Source: Octopus bimaculoides
Taxonomy: Eukaryota
Direction of reading: 5' to 3'
Assembly (NCBI RefSeq): GCF_001194135.2
Contig: NC_068993.1
Coordinates: 58,094,247 to 58,147,740, forward strand
Length of the DNA stretch: 53,494 nucleotides
The position numbers were made by a program, and so were the translations under genes. Each line of letters starts with the position of its first letter. The stretch's first letter is position 1. Positions 13,352-27,004 of the stretch are shown one piece after another. Below the pieces are notes generated by a model that worked only from the letters and a program-made list of their open reading frames with translations, had not been told where the DNA came from and did no database searches.

Positions 13352-13788
13352 ATGTATATATGTGTGTGTAAGTATGTATATGCATGCATGAATGTACGTA
13401 AGGAAACCTTCATATCTATTTGCAGACCCATATAGAGATAGATATATGTGTATGTGTGTGTATGTGTGTGTATGTGTGGGTATGTGTGTGTGTCTGTCGG
13501 CATTTGTGTTTAAATAAGGTTATAATGTAAATATCTACAGATCTGTACTCATGCAAATGTTGAATGATTTTATGACTCACCATAGGTATATATATATGTG
13601 TGTATATATGTATACATATGTTGATGAGGGAATATATATGTATACATATGTAGGTTATATGTATATAGATAGAAACATTATTTATGTGTGTGTATTTGTG
13701 CGTGCGTGTGTGTGTGTATGTGTATGTATGTGTGTCTATGTGTGTGTATGTGTGTGTGAGTGTGTGTAATACATGCATACTTGTCATA

Positions 13789-13945
13789 TACGAGGTGTAT
13801 GTTGAAAAGTTCTTGGCTTTAATGGTATCGCGAAAGACCTGTTTAGCGGCCCAACCTGAGTTCTTTTATAGGGTTTAGAAAAACTGAAAAACGGCTGCAA
13901 AAGGTGCGGGTATCTGAGACGGGAATATGGTAAATGAAATAATAG
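13789..13945 (+). mobile_element. Internally deleted mariner derivative: left TIR joined to the transposase C-terminal tail
   Basis: Starts TA|CGAGGTGTATGTTGAAAAGTTCTTGGCTTT (mariner-type TIR). GGTTTAGAAAAACTG-AAAAACGGCTGCAAAAGGTGCGGGTATCTGAGACGGGAATATGG fits a frameshifted GLEKL.KR(W).KC..L.GEY motif. Right TIR unclear. Confidence 0.55.
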
Positions 13946-14626
13946 ACTAATTCTCCTGTGTTTCTAAGAGAATAATATAATATTGCAAAATTCAGGTTTC
14001 TTCGTATATATGCAAGAACATTCGTATAAAATAACGCGTGAATATCGAATGTTTAATAATTATTAATTCATCCAGTGATGCCGGCCATGACTCTCGTCGG
14101 CTGTTTCTTGTGGTCCGAAAACTTCAGTTTATTCCTGCTTTTGTCGATCTCCCATGGTAATAGTGTTGAATGGTTGAGAAATCAAATCATCGTACGAAAC
14201 ACAAACATTCTTTTAAATGGGACGGAAGAAACGCTGGCGTGCCTGATTGTCGCTATTCTTGTTGTTGTTGTTGTTGTATCTTGCGTTCTTTATATTTTCT
14301 TCAATTGTTCTTTTGACTACAATAAGATCAGTTCCGGTGGTGACGAAATGATGGCAGCTGGAACTGTTCTGGGCTTTAGTTTCTCAAGATTTTGTCTAAA
14401 TTCCAGCTATTTTGTAGCTTGAAATTAGTTGGCCTTCGTAATTGAGGAAATGATATCTTTGTGGTTGTCTTTGTTCCCGGTAGTTAATTCACTGAAGGTG
14501 ATTTCACAATGAAATATCTCTTCTTTCACAAGTGTTAGTCATCGCAGCCGATGTTGTATCATAGCGGAATCCATGCTTCAACTGTTCGCTTTTTCTAGAA
14601 CATTAGACTATAAAACACACCGAATC

Positions 14627-14667
<41 letters not shown>

Positions 14668-14751
14668 CACTCACAAGTTTATACATACAAGCATAATACA
14701 TGTATGTGTATATATATGTATACATATATATACACACACATAGATAAATAA

Positions 14752-14805
<54 letters not shown>

Positions 14806-16302
14806 TGAGAGAGAGAGAGAGAGAGAGAGAGATAGATAGATAGATATATACATAGACAGACAGACATACAGCTAGACAGACAGACATGCAGACAGACAGA
14901 CATACAGAAAGATAGATAAATAGATGCCTATATGTATATATATGTCTGTGCATGTATGTCTACTTGCCTGTGTTTATATAGGTCTATGTATATATTTATA
15001 TATGTGTGTATGTAACTGTAGACGCCTGTGATCAATACATTAATATTTATGCAGATCAATATTTATAGGAGAGCACTTACATAATATGGCACAACCTAAT
15101 AACTGTATGCACTTCAATATATAGGTATATACGCTTATATCATTCTATGTATATATATATATATATTAACTTGTACCGAAAGGTTTTTCTTTTAAGCGTT
15201 TATGTGTTTATACTTATGGGTCTGTATGCGTCTCTGTATTATACATATGTACGTACGAAAGAATATAGAATTGTGATCGTATTTTGTGTTCCTCTATGTC
15301 TGAGCATGTACTTATGCCTAAGTATGATAATGAGTGATAATCTATGTTTGTATTTTCTATATATGTGTGTCTCTTACATGCAGTTTCTGTGTGGTTTGTG
15401 AGCGTGTGATTTTGTCTCTGCGCATGCGTACTTAATGGTACATATAACATTCAGTAAGCGTGGTTCTATGTGTGTCACTGCTAGGTCAATATACTCTTTT
15501 GTTTATTTAACTTGTTTCAGTCNNNNNNNNNNNNNNNNNNNNNNNNNNNNNNNNNNNNNNNNNNNNNNNNNNNNNNNNNNNNNNNNNNNNNNNNNNNNNN
15601 NNNNNNNNNNNNNNNNNNNNNNNNNNNNNNNNNNNNNNNNNNNNNNNNNNNNNNNNNNNNNNNNNNNNNNNNNNNNNNNNNNNNNNNNNNNNNNNNNNNN
15701 NNNNNNNNNNNNNNNNNNNNNNNNNNNNNNNNNNNNNNNNNNNNNNNNNNNNNNNNNNNNNNNNNNNNNNNNNNNNNNNNNNNNNNNNNNNNNNNNNNNN
15801 NNNNNNNNNNNNNNNNNNNNNNNNNNNNNNNNNNNNNNNNNNNNNNNNNNNNNNNNNNNNNNNNNNNNNNNNNNNNNNNNNNNNNNNNNNNNNNNNNNNN
15901 NNNNNNNNNNNNNNNNNNNNNNNNNNNNNNNNNNNNNNNNNNNNNNNNNNNNNNNNNNNNNNNNNNNNNNNNNNNNNNNNNNNNNNNNNNNNNNNNNNNN
16001 NNNNNNNNNNNNNNNNNNNNNNNNNNNNNNNNNNNNNNNNNNNNNNNNNNNNNNNNNNNNNNNNNNNNNNNNNNNNNNNNNNNNNNNNNNNNNNNNNNNN
16101 NNNNNNNNNNNNNNNNNNNNNNNNNNNNNNNNNNNNNNNNNNNNNNNNNNNNNNNNNNNNNNNNNNNNNNNNNNNNNNNNNNNNNNNNNNNNNNNNNNNN
16201 NNNNNNNNNNNNNNNNNNNNNNNNNNNNNNNNNNNNNNNNNNNNNNNNNNNNNNNNNNNNNNNNNNNNNNNNNNNNNNNNNNNNNNNNNNNNNNNNNNTA
16301 TT

Positions 16303-16311
<9 letters not shown>

Positions 16312-16396
<85 letters not shown>

Positions 16397-16470
16397 CAGA
16401 TAGATAGATAGATAGAGAGGGAGAGAGAGAGAGAGACAGAGAGAGATACAGAGAGAGACAGAGAGAGACA
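16312..16470. repeat. (TA)n-(TAGA)n-(GA/GACA)n compound microsatellite
   Basis: Read directly. Confidence 0.95.
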
Positions 16471-17744
16471 GACAGTAGCGTGTGCTTGTTTGTCTCCATG
16501 CGTTTATATATGAGTGCCAATGTGATTTAATTTGAGTATATGTGACTGGGAATTTGGATTCGTTTCGTTTCTAAGTTTACGAACGTGTAATTATCCATAA
16601 GTACACATACACACACGCAAGCACACATAAATGCACCGTCACACACATCTATATATGAGAATGTATGCGTGTCAGCACTTCTTGTATATCTGCGTCTCTG
16701 TTTGTGCGCTCGTCAGTGTTTCTGTGTGCGTGTGTCTCAACATTGACGACACACATATGTCAACTGTCTATTTAGTGCTACATAAATATCTGGTAATTAC
16801 GTATATTTATCAAGAATGATAAATATACTCTAAAGTTATTATTCTTTATTATACAAACACACATACACACACACAAAAATGTATATACGTATATATATAT
16901 ATNNNNNNNNNNNNNNNNNNNNNNNNNNNNNNNNNNNNNNNNNNNNNNNNNNNNNNNNNNNNNNNNNNNNNNNNNNNNNNNNNNNNNNNNNNNNNNNNNN
17001 NNNNNNNNNNNNNNNNNNNNNNNNNNNNNNNNNNNNNNNNNNNNNNNNNNNNNNNNNNNNNNNNNNNNNNNNNNNNNNNNNNNNNNNNNNNNNNNNNNNN
17101 NNNNNNNNNNNNNNNNNNNNNNNNNNNNNNNNNNNNNNNNNNNNNNNNNNNNNNNNNNNNNNNNNNNNNNNNNNNNNNNNNNNNNNNNNNNNNNNNNNNN
17201 NNNNNNNNNNNNNNNNNNNNNNNNNNNNNNNNNNNNNNNNNNNNNNNNNNNNNNNNNNNNNNNNNNNNNNNNNNNNNNNNNNNNNNNNNNNNNNNNNNNN
17301 NNNNNNNNNNNNNNNNNNNNNNNNNNNNNNNNNNNNNNNNNNNNNNNNNNNNNNNNNNNNNNNNNNNNNNNNNNNNNNNNNNNNNNNNNNNNNNNNNNNN
17401 NNNNNNATGATGATGATGATGATGATGATATATATATATATATGTGTGTGTGTTTGTGTGTGTGTGCGTGTGTGTGTGTGTGTGTGCGTGTGTATGTGTA
17501 TGTGTGTGTGTGTGTGTTTATAAATACGTATGTTCAACGATGTGTCCATAAAGGCAAGCGCCTCCGTCTTGAAATGTGTGTATGTTTCTGAGTGGATGAA
17601 GTTACAGTGCTTCAGAAGGTAGACACAGCATAATGATAACTAATAAATAGTAATAAATAAAGAATTATTTTGACAGTCAGACATAACAGATATAACAAAA
17701 GACAGGGAAACAATGAAAGATGACTTTGTTTATATATTCTCCAA

Positions 17745-17747
<3 letters not shown>

Positions 17748-17813
<66 letters not shown>
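17748..17813. repeat. (TTA)n microsatellite
   Basis: Read directly. Confidence 0.95.
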
Positions 17814-17815
<2 letters not shown>

Positions 17816-17844
17816 TTTCTTATTATTTTGTACAGCTCAGTTGT

Positions 17845-18020
17845 CGGACTGTGGCCATGCTGGTACACCACTGTAAAGAGTCTATTCCTTTCGTCAACCA
17901 AATTGCTTCCGGTGCTTATTTTAAGTCATTGTTATTTGTTTTACGGGTTTTCTCTTTTGCCTGTTGACGGAACAGCTATGTCACAACAACGTGGTGAAGT
18001 AACCAACACTTTTTGTCAAA
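17845..18020 (-). mobile_element. Old, diverged SINE-A 3' half
   Basis: GACTGTGGCCATGCTGGTACACC...CCAACACTTTTTGTCAA followed by (CA)n, colinear with 19409-19572. Confidence 0.55.
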
Positions 18021-18119
18021 AATCGAGACGCAAATATTCACACACGCACGCACACATGCACACACGCACGCACACACACACACACACACACACGCACACA
18101 CACGCACACCAAATATACA

Positions 18120-18154
18120 TAGGCGCAGGCGTAGCTCTGTGGTAAGAAGCTTGT
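18120..18154 (+). mobile_element. SINE-A 5' head fragment
   Basis: AGGCGCAGGCGTAGCTCTGTGGTAAGAAGCTT matches the head of the 1-305 copy. Confidence 0.7.
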
Positions 18155-18249
18155 AAAATTTTATTTCTATTCACTGGCCAGTGCAGTGTTCAAGGAGAGA
18201 GAAATATATATATATATCTCCGTAGAATTTTAATCAACATCATATAACA

Positions 18250-18530
18250 TTGTATGACAAAATTTTCTCCTTCGGTGGGAACTCTTATTTCCTAATTGCT
18301 TACCCCTAGGAAATATAAGAAATGGCTAATATTTCCTTCAAACTTCAGTTTTGATACATTTATTCAGACCCCAAAGAATCCCTCTCAACACATAGCTATG
18401 AAGCTCCCCCCACTACTCGTGATCATGATCAAAGACGCATACATTGTCAACCACTAAGCAACTTGCTCAAGGGGTTAAGGTCAAGCAACTGACAAGCAAA
18501 TCTGTAGTATTGAGCAGGATATTTGCTATA
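18250..18530. mobile_element. Probable interspersed repeat fragment, unclassified
   Basis: Complex block that resembles an octopus repeat as I recall it; no second copy in the window. Confidence 0.25.
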
Positions 18531-19408
18531 ACGATATTTCTGCTTCGGCATCTCAGCGCTGAATCTGTCTGAAATGTTATGGAAAATTAGTCGGTTTCAA
18601 AGCATTGATGTCAAAGTCACAAAAGCAAAGTTTGAAGAGAATAGCAGTCGTTTCCTTTGATTTCTAGATAAAAGCCAATAGAAAATAATACTTTCTGACC
18701 AAATACCAAAAGAAATAAAAATTTTGTTACACACAGTAATTGATACAAACGCCTAGTATATTAAATATTTTACTTGATAGAAAAAAGGATTATCCAGCAT
18801 AATTCCAATGCCAGGCATGAACTTAGTAACCTCATTAGCTGATAATCACAATGTTCTTTACGAATCCACAGTTAAAAATGGCTTAAGCAAATTAGAGGGT
18901 CTAATTCGCATATATAACCTATTCTTCTTAATTAGACTAATTGGTATTTTATGGGTACTTTGCTTAAATGACACGTTGTGATATTGATCATGATCTTATC
19001 GATTTTAACAGCCAATACTGTATTTAACGGATAGGTACAAAATGCAATATTTTATACGAAGTATTTTCTTGGATTGGAAACAAGGAATCAGCCAGAGTAG
19101 TGTCAAACGTATATTAGGATTTCATCAAAGATTGGGGACTTCTAAGCACCATTGACTTCGGGCTTCGGTCAAATGGCTAAACGAACATACTTGCAGAGCG
19201 TTTTGACGCCATGGAGTTTGATAATTATTTCCCTGGTATGTCAACAACGTTTTGCGAGAATGCTAATGTACAAATTACTTAGAAGAAAGAGACAAATAGC
19301 TATACGAATACATACATACACACACAAATATATATATGTACATATACGTATGTGTTTGTTTGTGTGTGTGTGTGTGTGTGTATGCATATATTTTTTCCTA
19401 TATTTTCA

Positions 19409-19572
19409 TTTTACTTGTTTCAGTCATTTGACCCCAGCCATGCTGGAGCAACGCCTTTAGTCGAAAAAATCACCCCCAGGACTTATTCTTTTTAAGACAG
19501 GTACTTATCTTATCGGCGCTTTTGCCGAACCGCTTGGTGACGGGGGCCGTAAATACACCAACATCGGTTGTC
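19409..19572 (-). mobile_element. SINE-A 3' half
   Basis: TTTTGCCGAACC...GTAAATACACCAACATCGGTTGTCA is near-identical to 31-84. Confidence 0.85.
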
Positions 19573-20106
19573 ATATATAGATATATGTATATATATACAC
19601 ATACATACATATACATATATATATATACATACGTATGTGTGTGTGCGTGTGCGTGTGTGTGTTTCTGTGTGTGTGTGGGGGGGGGGGGTTCCTAGAGGTA
19701 AGGAAAAAAAGCGATATGACTGCAGTTTGAACTATGAACCAATTAGGCCCATTTAGTTGCAAACAAGTTTGAATTTTAAATCAGAAATTACGGGTATATA
19801 TTCTAGAGTTGCAAACATTTTTTTTAATTCGACTAACATCACATGAGAATGCTAGACTATGTCGTGACTACTTAATCGTTTGTACATAGACTACTCTTAA
19901 CTAACGCCTAACACATTCCATTATTACAATGAAATTAAACTATATTTATGACTTGGAGGAAGACACCGAATATGAATAGTAATTTACTATAGTGTAAACG
20001 GTTAAGATAAAATCTCGTCTGTCTATGTTATACCTAATTAGTTTTTGTGTGTGTGCATATAAATGTAAGTGCGATTATTCATATACATATACATGTNNNN
20101 NNNNNN

Positions 20107-20174
<68 letters not shown>

Positions 20175-20451
20175 TGTACAAGTACATATGTGTACATAAA
20201 TATATGCATGCAAACATGTATAGCAAACGATTATATTTACGAACGAAAGAGAACGGATTAATTCAAGAAACAGCAAACACTTTAAAATGTCAGTTAATTT
20301 TTCTTTCCATTGCTACACAATGTTCTGCGCTACTTAAGTTTATTCATGTGACGCTGTAATAAAATGAAATGAGATCAATACTGTCTCAGCGAGCCCTCAA
20401 CAGAAGCAATCGAGAACTGTCAGGTGGTTGTTTGCATTGCAGCATTCGAAT

Positions 20452-20489
20452 ATGATGTTGCTTCTCCTGTCTTTAGCTACTCTGTTTAG
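20452..20489 (+). CDS. Speculative first coding exon, signal-peptide-like (MMLLLLSLATLF)
   Basis: ATG ATG TTG CTT CTC CTG TCT TTA GCT ACT CTG TTT AG|GTGAGT with a strong donor, phase 2. No homology support. Confidence 0.15.
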
Positions 20490-21689
20490 GTGAGTTCAAT
20501 CAGATTTGATCTGCTGGTGTCGGAGCCGGTTATTTTACAAAGATTAGGGTATATCGGTCTTGCTGATTGTACACGCTGCGGAAATACATTATGCTAGCGC
20601 AAGAAGTGCGAAAGAGATGTTGCCCTCTTGTGGCAGTGTGATACTAGCTCCGGCCTCATATACAGCGCTTCCATATCTGTTTCACAGTATTTCGAGTCAA
20701 TCGAAACCGACACTTTATGTTCCTTCATCATATGGAGTTGCTTTTTTTGTAATATATTTACATCTCAAGGCCGTATAAAGATATGAAATCATGTATCAAC
20801 GGATCATGGAGAGAAAATGCAAAAAATACAGGTAGCTAAACATTAAACAGCTTTGTATATTCGCATTATAGTTTACTTTGGTAATTACGACAAATGGTAG
20901 GAGATGTAAAATTCTCTTCTCAAATACAATTCTTGGACTAAACTATAAATGATTCAAACTTTCACCTTATGCCTATCATTGAACAATATATGACATTTAC
21001 TCTCGCACACAAAGAGTATAGAAAAGTAAGCAATTCAACTTACGAGAACAGATTAAGAGAAAATTACATCTTTTTCAACCAGGAATTAAAAGTATGACTA
21101 CAATCCTTAATCGAATCGAGTTTCAAATCACTGCGATCTTCAGACGGAAATCGTTGTGAAACAAATGTCGCGAGTGGCAATGTACAAATTTCATGTTCTC
21201 TGAACCATCTCCGGAAAATTTCTTTCTCATTCGTTCGACATAAAGCAATGCACCTATGTATATATATATATATATATATATATNNNNNNNNNNNNNNNNN
21301 NNNNNNNNNNNNNNNNNNNNNNNNNNNNNNNNNNNNNNNNNNNNNNNATATAAGGATAAGATCGTTATTCAAAATACCGATCATATCAGTTGGCTATCAT
21401 GGGAATAAAAACCTCATGGGTAATGATTATTATTAAAATTATAATTAAAGGTATCTAAGAGATACTACCATGCTAGATATAGCAGCCAATATTTGACTTT
21501 AAAACCACGAGTAAGTATTGCCTGCTATATCTACCATGGTCGTATCTCTTAGATACCCGTAATTATAATTTATATATATGTGTGTGTATGTGTGTGTGTA
21601 TGTGTGTGTGTATGTATCTCCCTCGCTCATTTCTCTGTATATATACATGCATACATACATATGTAAATATACACACACATATCTATATG

Positions 21690-21728
<39 letters not shown>

Positions 21729-21774
21729 TCACATATATACATATACATATAAGCACATGTATATATTTATATAT

Positions 21775-21840
<66 letters not shown>

Positions 21841-21907
21841 NNNNNNNNNNNNNNNNNNNNNNNNNNNNNNNNNNNNNNNNNNNNNNNNNNNNNNNNNNNN
21901 NNNNNNN

Positions 21908-21966
<59 letters not shown>

Positions 21967-22367
21967 TGTATGTATGTATGTATGTATGTATATATATATG
22001 CATCTATATAACGCCAGAAATATGTAGTTGCTGTTCAGATCCCTTCACCTCAGCGGTTATTGTATTGACAGTCACGTGAATACTCATTATTTTCTTTCAT
22101 TAATTAGTTAATTACTTACTCCATTGGCCTATTTTCATATTGGATTTCCATTTCCTGTCAACCATATTCATTCTGCATTCTTCACACTCGTAACTGCGAC
22201 ATACAAGGACACATGAACAAGAACGAACTGTGAGACAGATAAATACCATACATTTATAGAAGGCAAGAATAAATATGCTAGATAGCAAGCTAGCTATATA
22301 CTGTGATATCTATCTATCTATCTATCTATCTATCGACCCGCTAGTGATACAAAAAATAAGCCACGAG

Positions 22368-22664
22368 TTAGAAAAGGCATATTTGCGCATGACGATTACG
22401 CCGTTTCAAGGGCTCCACAATGGCCTCTATTAAAAACTTGCTATATCTATGAGTTTCAGCCACGCCTTTAGACACAACGTTGGTCTGAATGCTGTGTCCC
22501 ATCAGAGAGAATTCCGTAGGTGCTCTGCAGTTACACAGCGGTGTTGGAGCCTGAGCAGAACCAGATGGTGTATACTTCAAGCCATTCGCAAAAGAACTGG
22601 GTGTGGATGTAATTTGGTTGAGGTAACACTGGATGATAAATCCATTCCATTGAATGCTGGAGTA
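22368..22664 (-). CDS. Possible terminal exon or decayed coding relic, unknown product
   Basis: 98 stop-free codons plus TAA in non-repetitive sequence (YSSIQW...RRNRHAQICLF*); 5' end lost in an N gap; no recognisable domain. Confidence 0.15.
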   Translation of the reverse strand, partial: YSSIQWNGFIIQCYLNQITSTPSSFANGLKYTPSGSAQAPTPLCNCRAPTEFSLMGHSIQTNVVSKGVAETHRYSKFLIEAIVEPLKRRNRHAQICLF

Positions 22665-23345
22665 NNNNNNNNNNNNNNNNNNNNNNNNNNNNNNNNNNNN
22701 NNNNNNNNNNNNNNNNNNNNNNNNNNNNNNNNNNNNNNNNNNNNNNNNNNNNNNNNNNNNNNNNNNNNNNNNNNNNNNNNNNNNNNNNNNNNNNNNNNNN
22801 NNNNNNNNNNNNNNNNNNNNNNNNNNNNNNNNNNNNNNNNNNNNNNNNNNNNNNNNNNNNNNNNNNNNNNNNNNNNNNNNNNNNNNNNNNNNNNNNNNNN
22901 NNNNNNNNNNNNNNNNNNNNNNNNNNNNNNNNNNNNNNNNNNNNNNNNNNNNNNNNNNNNNNNNNNNNNNNNNNNNNNNNNNNNNNNNNNNNNNNNNNNN
23001 NNNNNNNNNNNNNNNNNNNNNNNNNNNNNNNNNNNNNNNNNNNNNNNNNNNNNNNNNNNNNNNNNNNNNNNNNNNNNNNNNNNNNNNNNNNNNNNNNNNN
23101 NNNNNNNNNNNNNNNNNNNNNNNNNNNNNNNNNNNNNNNNNNNNNNNNNNNNNNNNNNNNNNNNNNNNNNNNNNNNNNNNNNNNNNNNNNNNNNNNNNNN
23201 NNNNNNNNNNNNNNNNNNNNNNNNNNNNNNNNNNNNNNNNNNNNNNNNNNNNNNNNNNNNNNNNNNNNNNNNNNNNNNNNNNNNNNNNNNNATGTGTGTG
23301 TACTTGTGTGTTAGTGTATAGGTGTATTTGTATAATGTATCTGTT

Positions 23346-23382
<37 letters not shown>

Positions 23383-23509
23383 CATTTTATCTAGATGCTT
23401 CAAGAACATTCTTACTCCCTTACTCTGATCTCCCCCAACTCAACACGTTCTTTCTTACCAATATCCTCTATCGCTCTTTTTTTTTTCTCACTCCCTCACA
23501 CCTACTCAC

Positions 23510-23551
23510 TCTCTCTCTCTCAGTCTCTCTCTCAGTCTCTCTCTCTCTCTT

Positions 23552-23590
<39 letters not shown>
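23510..23590. repeat. (CT)n microsatellite
   Basis: Read directly. Confidence 0.95.
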
Positions 23591-23593
<3 letters not shown>

Positions 23594-23942
23594 TTTATTT
23601 TACCTCACCTCTCTCCGCAACAATGTCTAGTGGAGATAGTCTGATTGAATTAGATATAACATTCCCGTGACATGTTGTCTCGGTTCTATTTCCTACAAAC
23701 ACGCTTGCTTTTGTTAATGACTTCATAATGTCAGCAAGAAGAGAGACGAAGACGGAGAGAAATATTTCATTTTAGATGGCGTCTGATAGAAAAGGCTAAA
23801 TGACAAAGATATATACGCGTGTGTGTGTATATATATGTGAGTGTGTGTGTCTTTTTGTATGTATGCATATAGGTATATACGCACACACACACACACACAC
23901 GCATATATCTATATACACATACAAATATACATATATATATAC

Positions 23943-24021
<79 letters not shown>

Positions 24022-25194
24022 CATATATATATATACATATATACATACACATATATTTATATANNNNNNNNNNNNNNNNNNNNNNNNNNNNNNNNNNNNN
24101 NNNNNNNNNNNNNNNNNNNNNNNNNNNNNNNNNNNNNNNNNNNNNNNNNNNNNNNNNNNNNNNNNNNNNNNNNNNNNNNNNNNNNNNNNNNNNNNNNNNN
24201 NNNNNNNNNNNNNNNNNNNNNNNNNNNNNNNNNNNNNNNNNNNNNNNNNNNNNNNNNNNNNNNNNNNNNNNNNNNNNNNNNNNNNNNNNNNNNNNNNNNN
24301 NNNNNNNNNNNNNNNNNNNNNNNNNNNNNNNNNNNNNNNNNNNNNNNNNNNNNNNNNNNNNNNNNNNNNNNNNNNNNNNNNNNNNNNNNNNNNNNNNNNN
24401 NNNNNNNNNNNNNNNNNNNNNNNNNNNNNNNNNNNNNNNNNNNNNNNNNNNNNNNNNNNNNNNNNNNNNNNNNNNNNNNNNNNNNNNNNNNNNNNNNNNN
24501 NNNNNNNNNNNNNNATATATATATATATATATATTTACACACACACACATGCACGCACACTAAGACACATCGATGATACATAAGTTTCCAGTTGTGTTTA
24601 ACTGTTCACCTCCCCTCAGACGAGACAACACAATTCTTTTGTACAGATCAGTGACCACCAATGCTTAATGGGGTGAGAACAAACTGAAGTAATGAATGTT
24701 GCGTCCCTGACGGCGGCGGTGGCGGCGGTGTCGCGATTTCTGCGATAATGCTATTGTCAATGCAAGTAATGGGTGTAGTGGAAACGGTTACGTGGGAATG
24801 GGGTGTTACTGGGGCTGGAAATGAGGTGTGTTGTTTTTCTTTAACACCAGTTCATACTCACAATGAATACGTCTTGGTTTATATCCGGTTTTCTTAAAAG
24901 CGGCTGGGTGTGATTGGATGTAATTTTGGTTGGTACTTGTAGAAGTTCAGGGTACCATATTGAAGATGTTATATCTGTTTATGTATATCTTCAGTTATCC
25001 CTACAAAGTTGAGTCCCATGACATACATTCTGGTTGTCTACCATACGCGAGGAATCACTTACAAATCCATAATTTTAGTTATTCCATGTCTTCGCTTAAT
25101 TTGCGACCATATTTCCCACTCTCATATGCACGAAAGAATCATATTATGAATTGTGTAACAATGTTTTTTTTTTCTGGTGCTTTTTCTTGGAGAC

Positions 25195-25330
25195 TAGCAT
25201 CAATCTGGAGCACGACTCTGAAGGACTCCACTAATTATTTTTCCAAAGTCTGGTTAATTACAGGGACGAAAACCAACCAACACCGATTGTCAAGTAGTTG
25301 GGAGACAAATGGTGACACAGGCACATACAT
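25195..25330 (-). mobile_element. Old SINE-A 3' half
   Basis: CTGGAGCAC...CAACACCGATTGTCAAG...GGGAGACAAA followed by (CA)n, colinear with 60-120. Confidence 0.55.
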
Positions 25331-25339
25331 ACATACTCA

Positions 25340-25421
<82 letters not shown>

Positions 25422-26477
25422 TATTGGACAAGAACAGCGAAGGCTGTGAGGAGTTTTCAAGACATTTATAAGGAAAGCGATATAGCTTTACAGCTGTTTC
25501 TGAGATATTATGGTTATCGCTTTTATCAGAGACGATGTGAGAGAGATAAGTGTTTATTTACTATTATTTACTATTTATTATTATAATATGCATATATGTA
25601 TGCTAGACGCAAATAGGTTTCCAATGGACGTGTGTATGGTAGTCTTTCCCTCTCTACTAACCAGGAAACATCAACTGTCTGCATAATTGCGTGTACGTGT
25701 CAGTGAAATTGCTGAGAGGTTGTGCGTTTGAATGACTGAACCCTTGCAATTGCTTGAGTGATGATTTCGACAGGAAATGCGTGGGCTTGCCAGTGAGTGC
25801 TTCACTGAGTGAGACTGAATGAATGAGGGAACGTCTGCTGTCTGGAAAATAAACCAAACGTAGACACAAGTCCGATATTTTGGTGATTAAACCTGATGAA
25901 ATGGAAATTAAATGATTTTATTGTTGTTGTTACTGCTATTATAGTTGTTGTTGTGTTTGGCGTCGCCATTGTCGTACTTATTGTATAGTTTAGCCCCCCG
26001 GGCCAAATCATATCGAGTATACTTATGTGAAGCATCATACAACCACCATTTTAAATCGTCTTTATAAAGTAACGTAGTTATACATTCTCCGACGTGTCTT
26101 CAACTTATTTACGACGTGTCTGTCTGTCCGTATGTCTGTATGTCGAGGTAGTGTGTCGTTGAACTATGATACCGATGTTTGATGTGACTGTTTGATAATT
26201 TGTCTATGTGAACAACACAAAAACAACAACAACAACAACGACGACAACAAACACAACTTCGAAAGCTACTAAAACTATAATTAATATTACGACTACAAAT
26301 GATAGTAACAACGAAGATGATAAAACGATGACATAAACGGCAGCAATGATATTCAAAACCATTACATACGTTACCATCATCATCATCATCACAATATGTT
26401 ATCAAATACATCAACGACCAAGTTCAGAATAATGCTAACATCATGGAAATATCTTTCTTCAAGAAGAATAGGAATAA

Positions 26478-26645
26478 TTTCTAATTTAGACACAAGGGCA
26501 ATGATATTTTGAGAAGAGAAGCTTCGTCCCAGTATGTGAATGACCCTTTTTTTATCAATTGTATGAGGAATGAAAAGCGGAAGTGAGGCAATCAGGATTC
26601 GAACACAGAACGTAGAGAACTGGAAGAAAAGCCGATAGCTATTGC
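26478..26645 (-). mobile_element. Highly diverged SINE-B
   Basis: CACAAGG...GAATGAAAAG...GGATTCGAACACAGAACGTAGAG, colinear with neighbouring copies. Confidence 0.4.
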
Positions 26646-26682
26646 TATTTTGTGCGACGCACTACTAATAATTATGATGACC

Positions 26683-26891
26683 GTTTCAAATTTTGGCACC
26701 AGACCATTAATTTGGACGGAGGTGGGGAGTCGATTACATCGATCCCAGTGTTCACCTGGTATTTACTTCATCGAACCGGAAAACATGAAAGCAAAGTCAA
26801 CGTTGGTGGAATTTGAACTCAAAACGTAGAGTCGGATGAAATAGTGATAAGCTTTGTGCCGGTGTGTTAACGACTTTGCTAGCCCACCACC

Positions 26892-26893
<2 letters not shown>
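26683..26893 (-). mobile_element. SINE-B, full length
   Basis: AGTCGATTACATCGATCCCAGT...GGAATTTGAACTCAAAACGTAGAG...CCACCACCTT. Confidence 0.85.
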
Positions 26894-26937
<44 letters not shown>

Positions 26938-27004
26938 TGATGATGATGATGATGATGATTACGACGACGACAGCGACAACGACGATGACGATGATGATGA
27001 TGTT
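26894..27004. repeat. (AAT)n to (GAT)n to (GAC)n graded microsatellite
   Basis: Read directly; lies at the tail end of the adjacent SINE-B copy. Confidence 0.9.

Noticed and set aside
14075-14600. 115-aa hydrophobic plus ORF and complex sequence behind it
   Set aside because: The hydrophobicity comes from T-richness and a (GTT)n run; all minus frames are interrupted by stops.
21115-21150. Minus-strand CTGAAGA...GAAAC
   Set aside because: Helix II is weak with a 3-nt insertion, and there is no UH or helix I partner.
24930-25586. 218-aa plus-strand ORF
   Set aside because: It runs through a SINE-A relic and (CA)/(TA) tracts and has no domain-like content.
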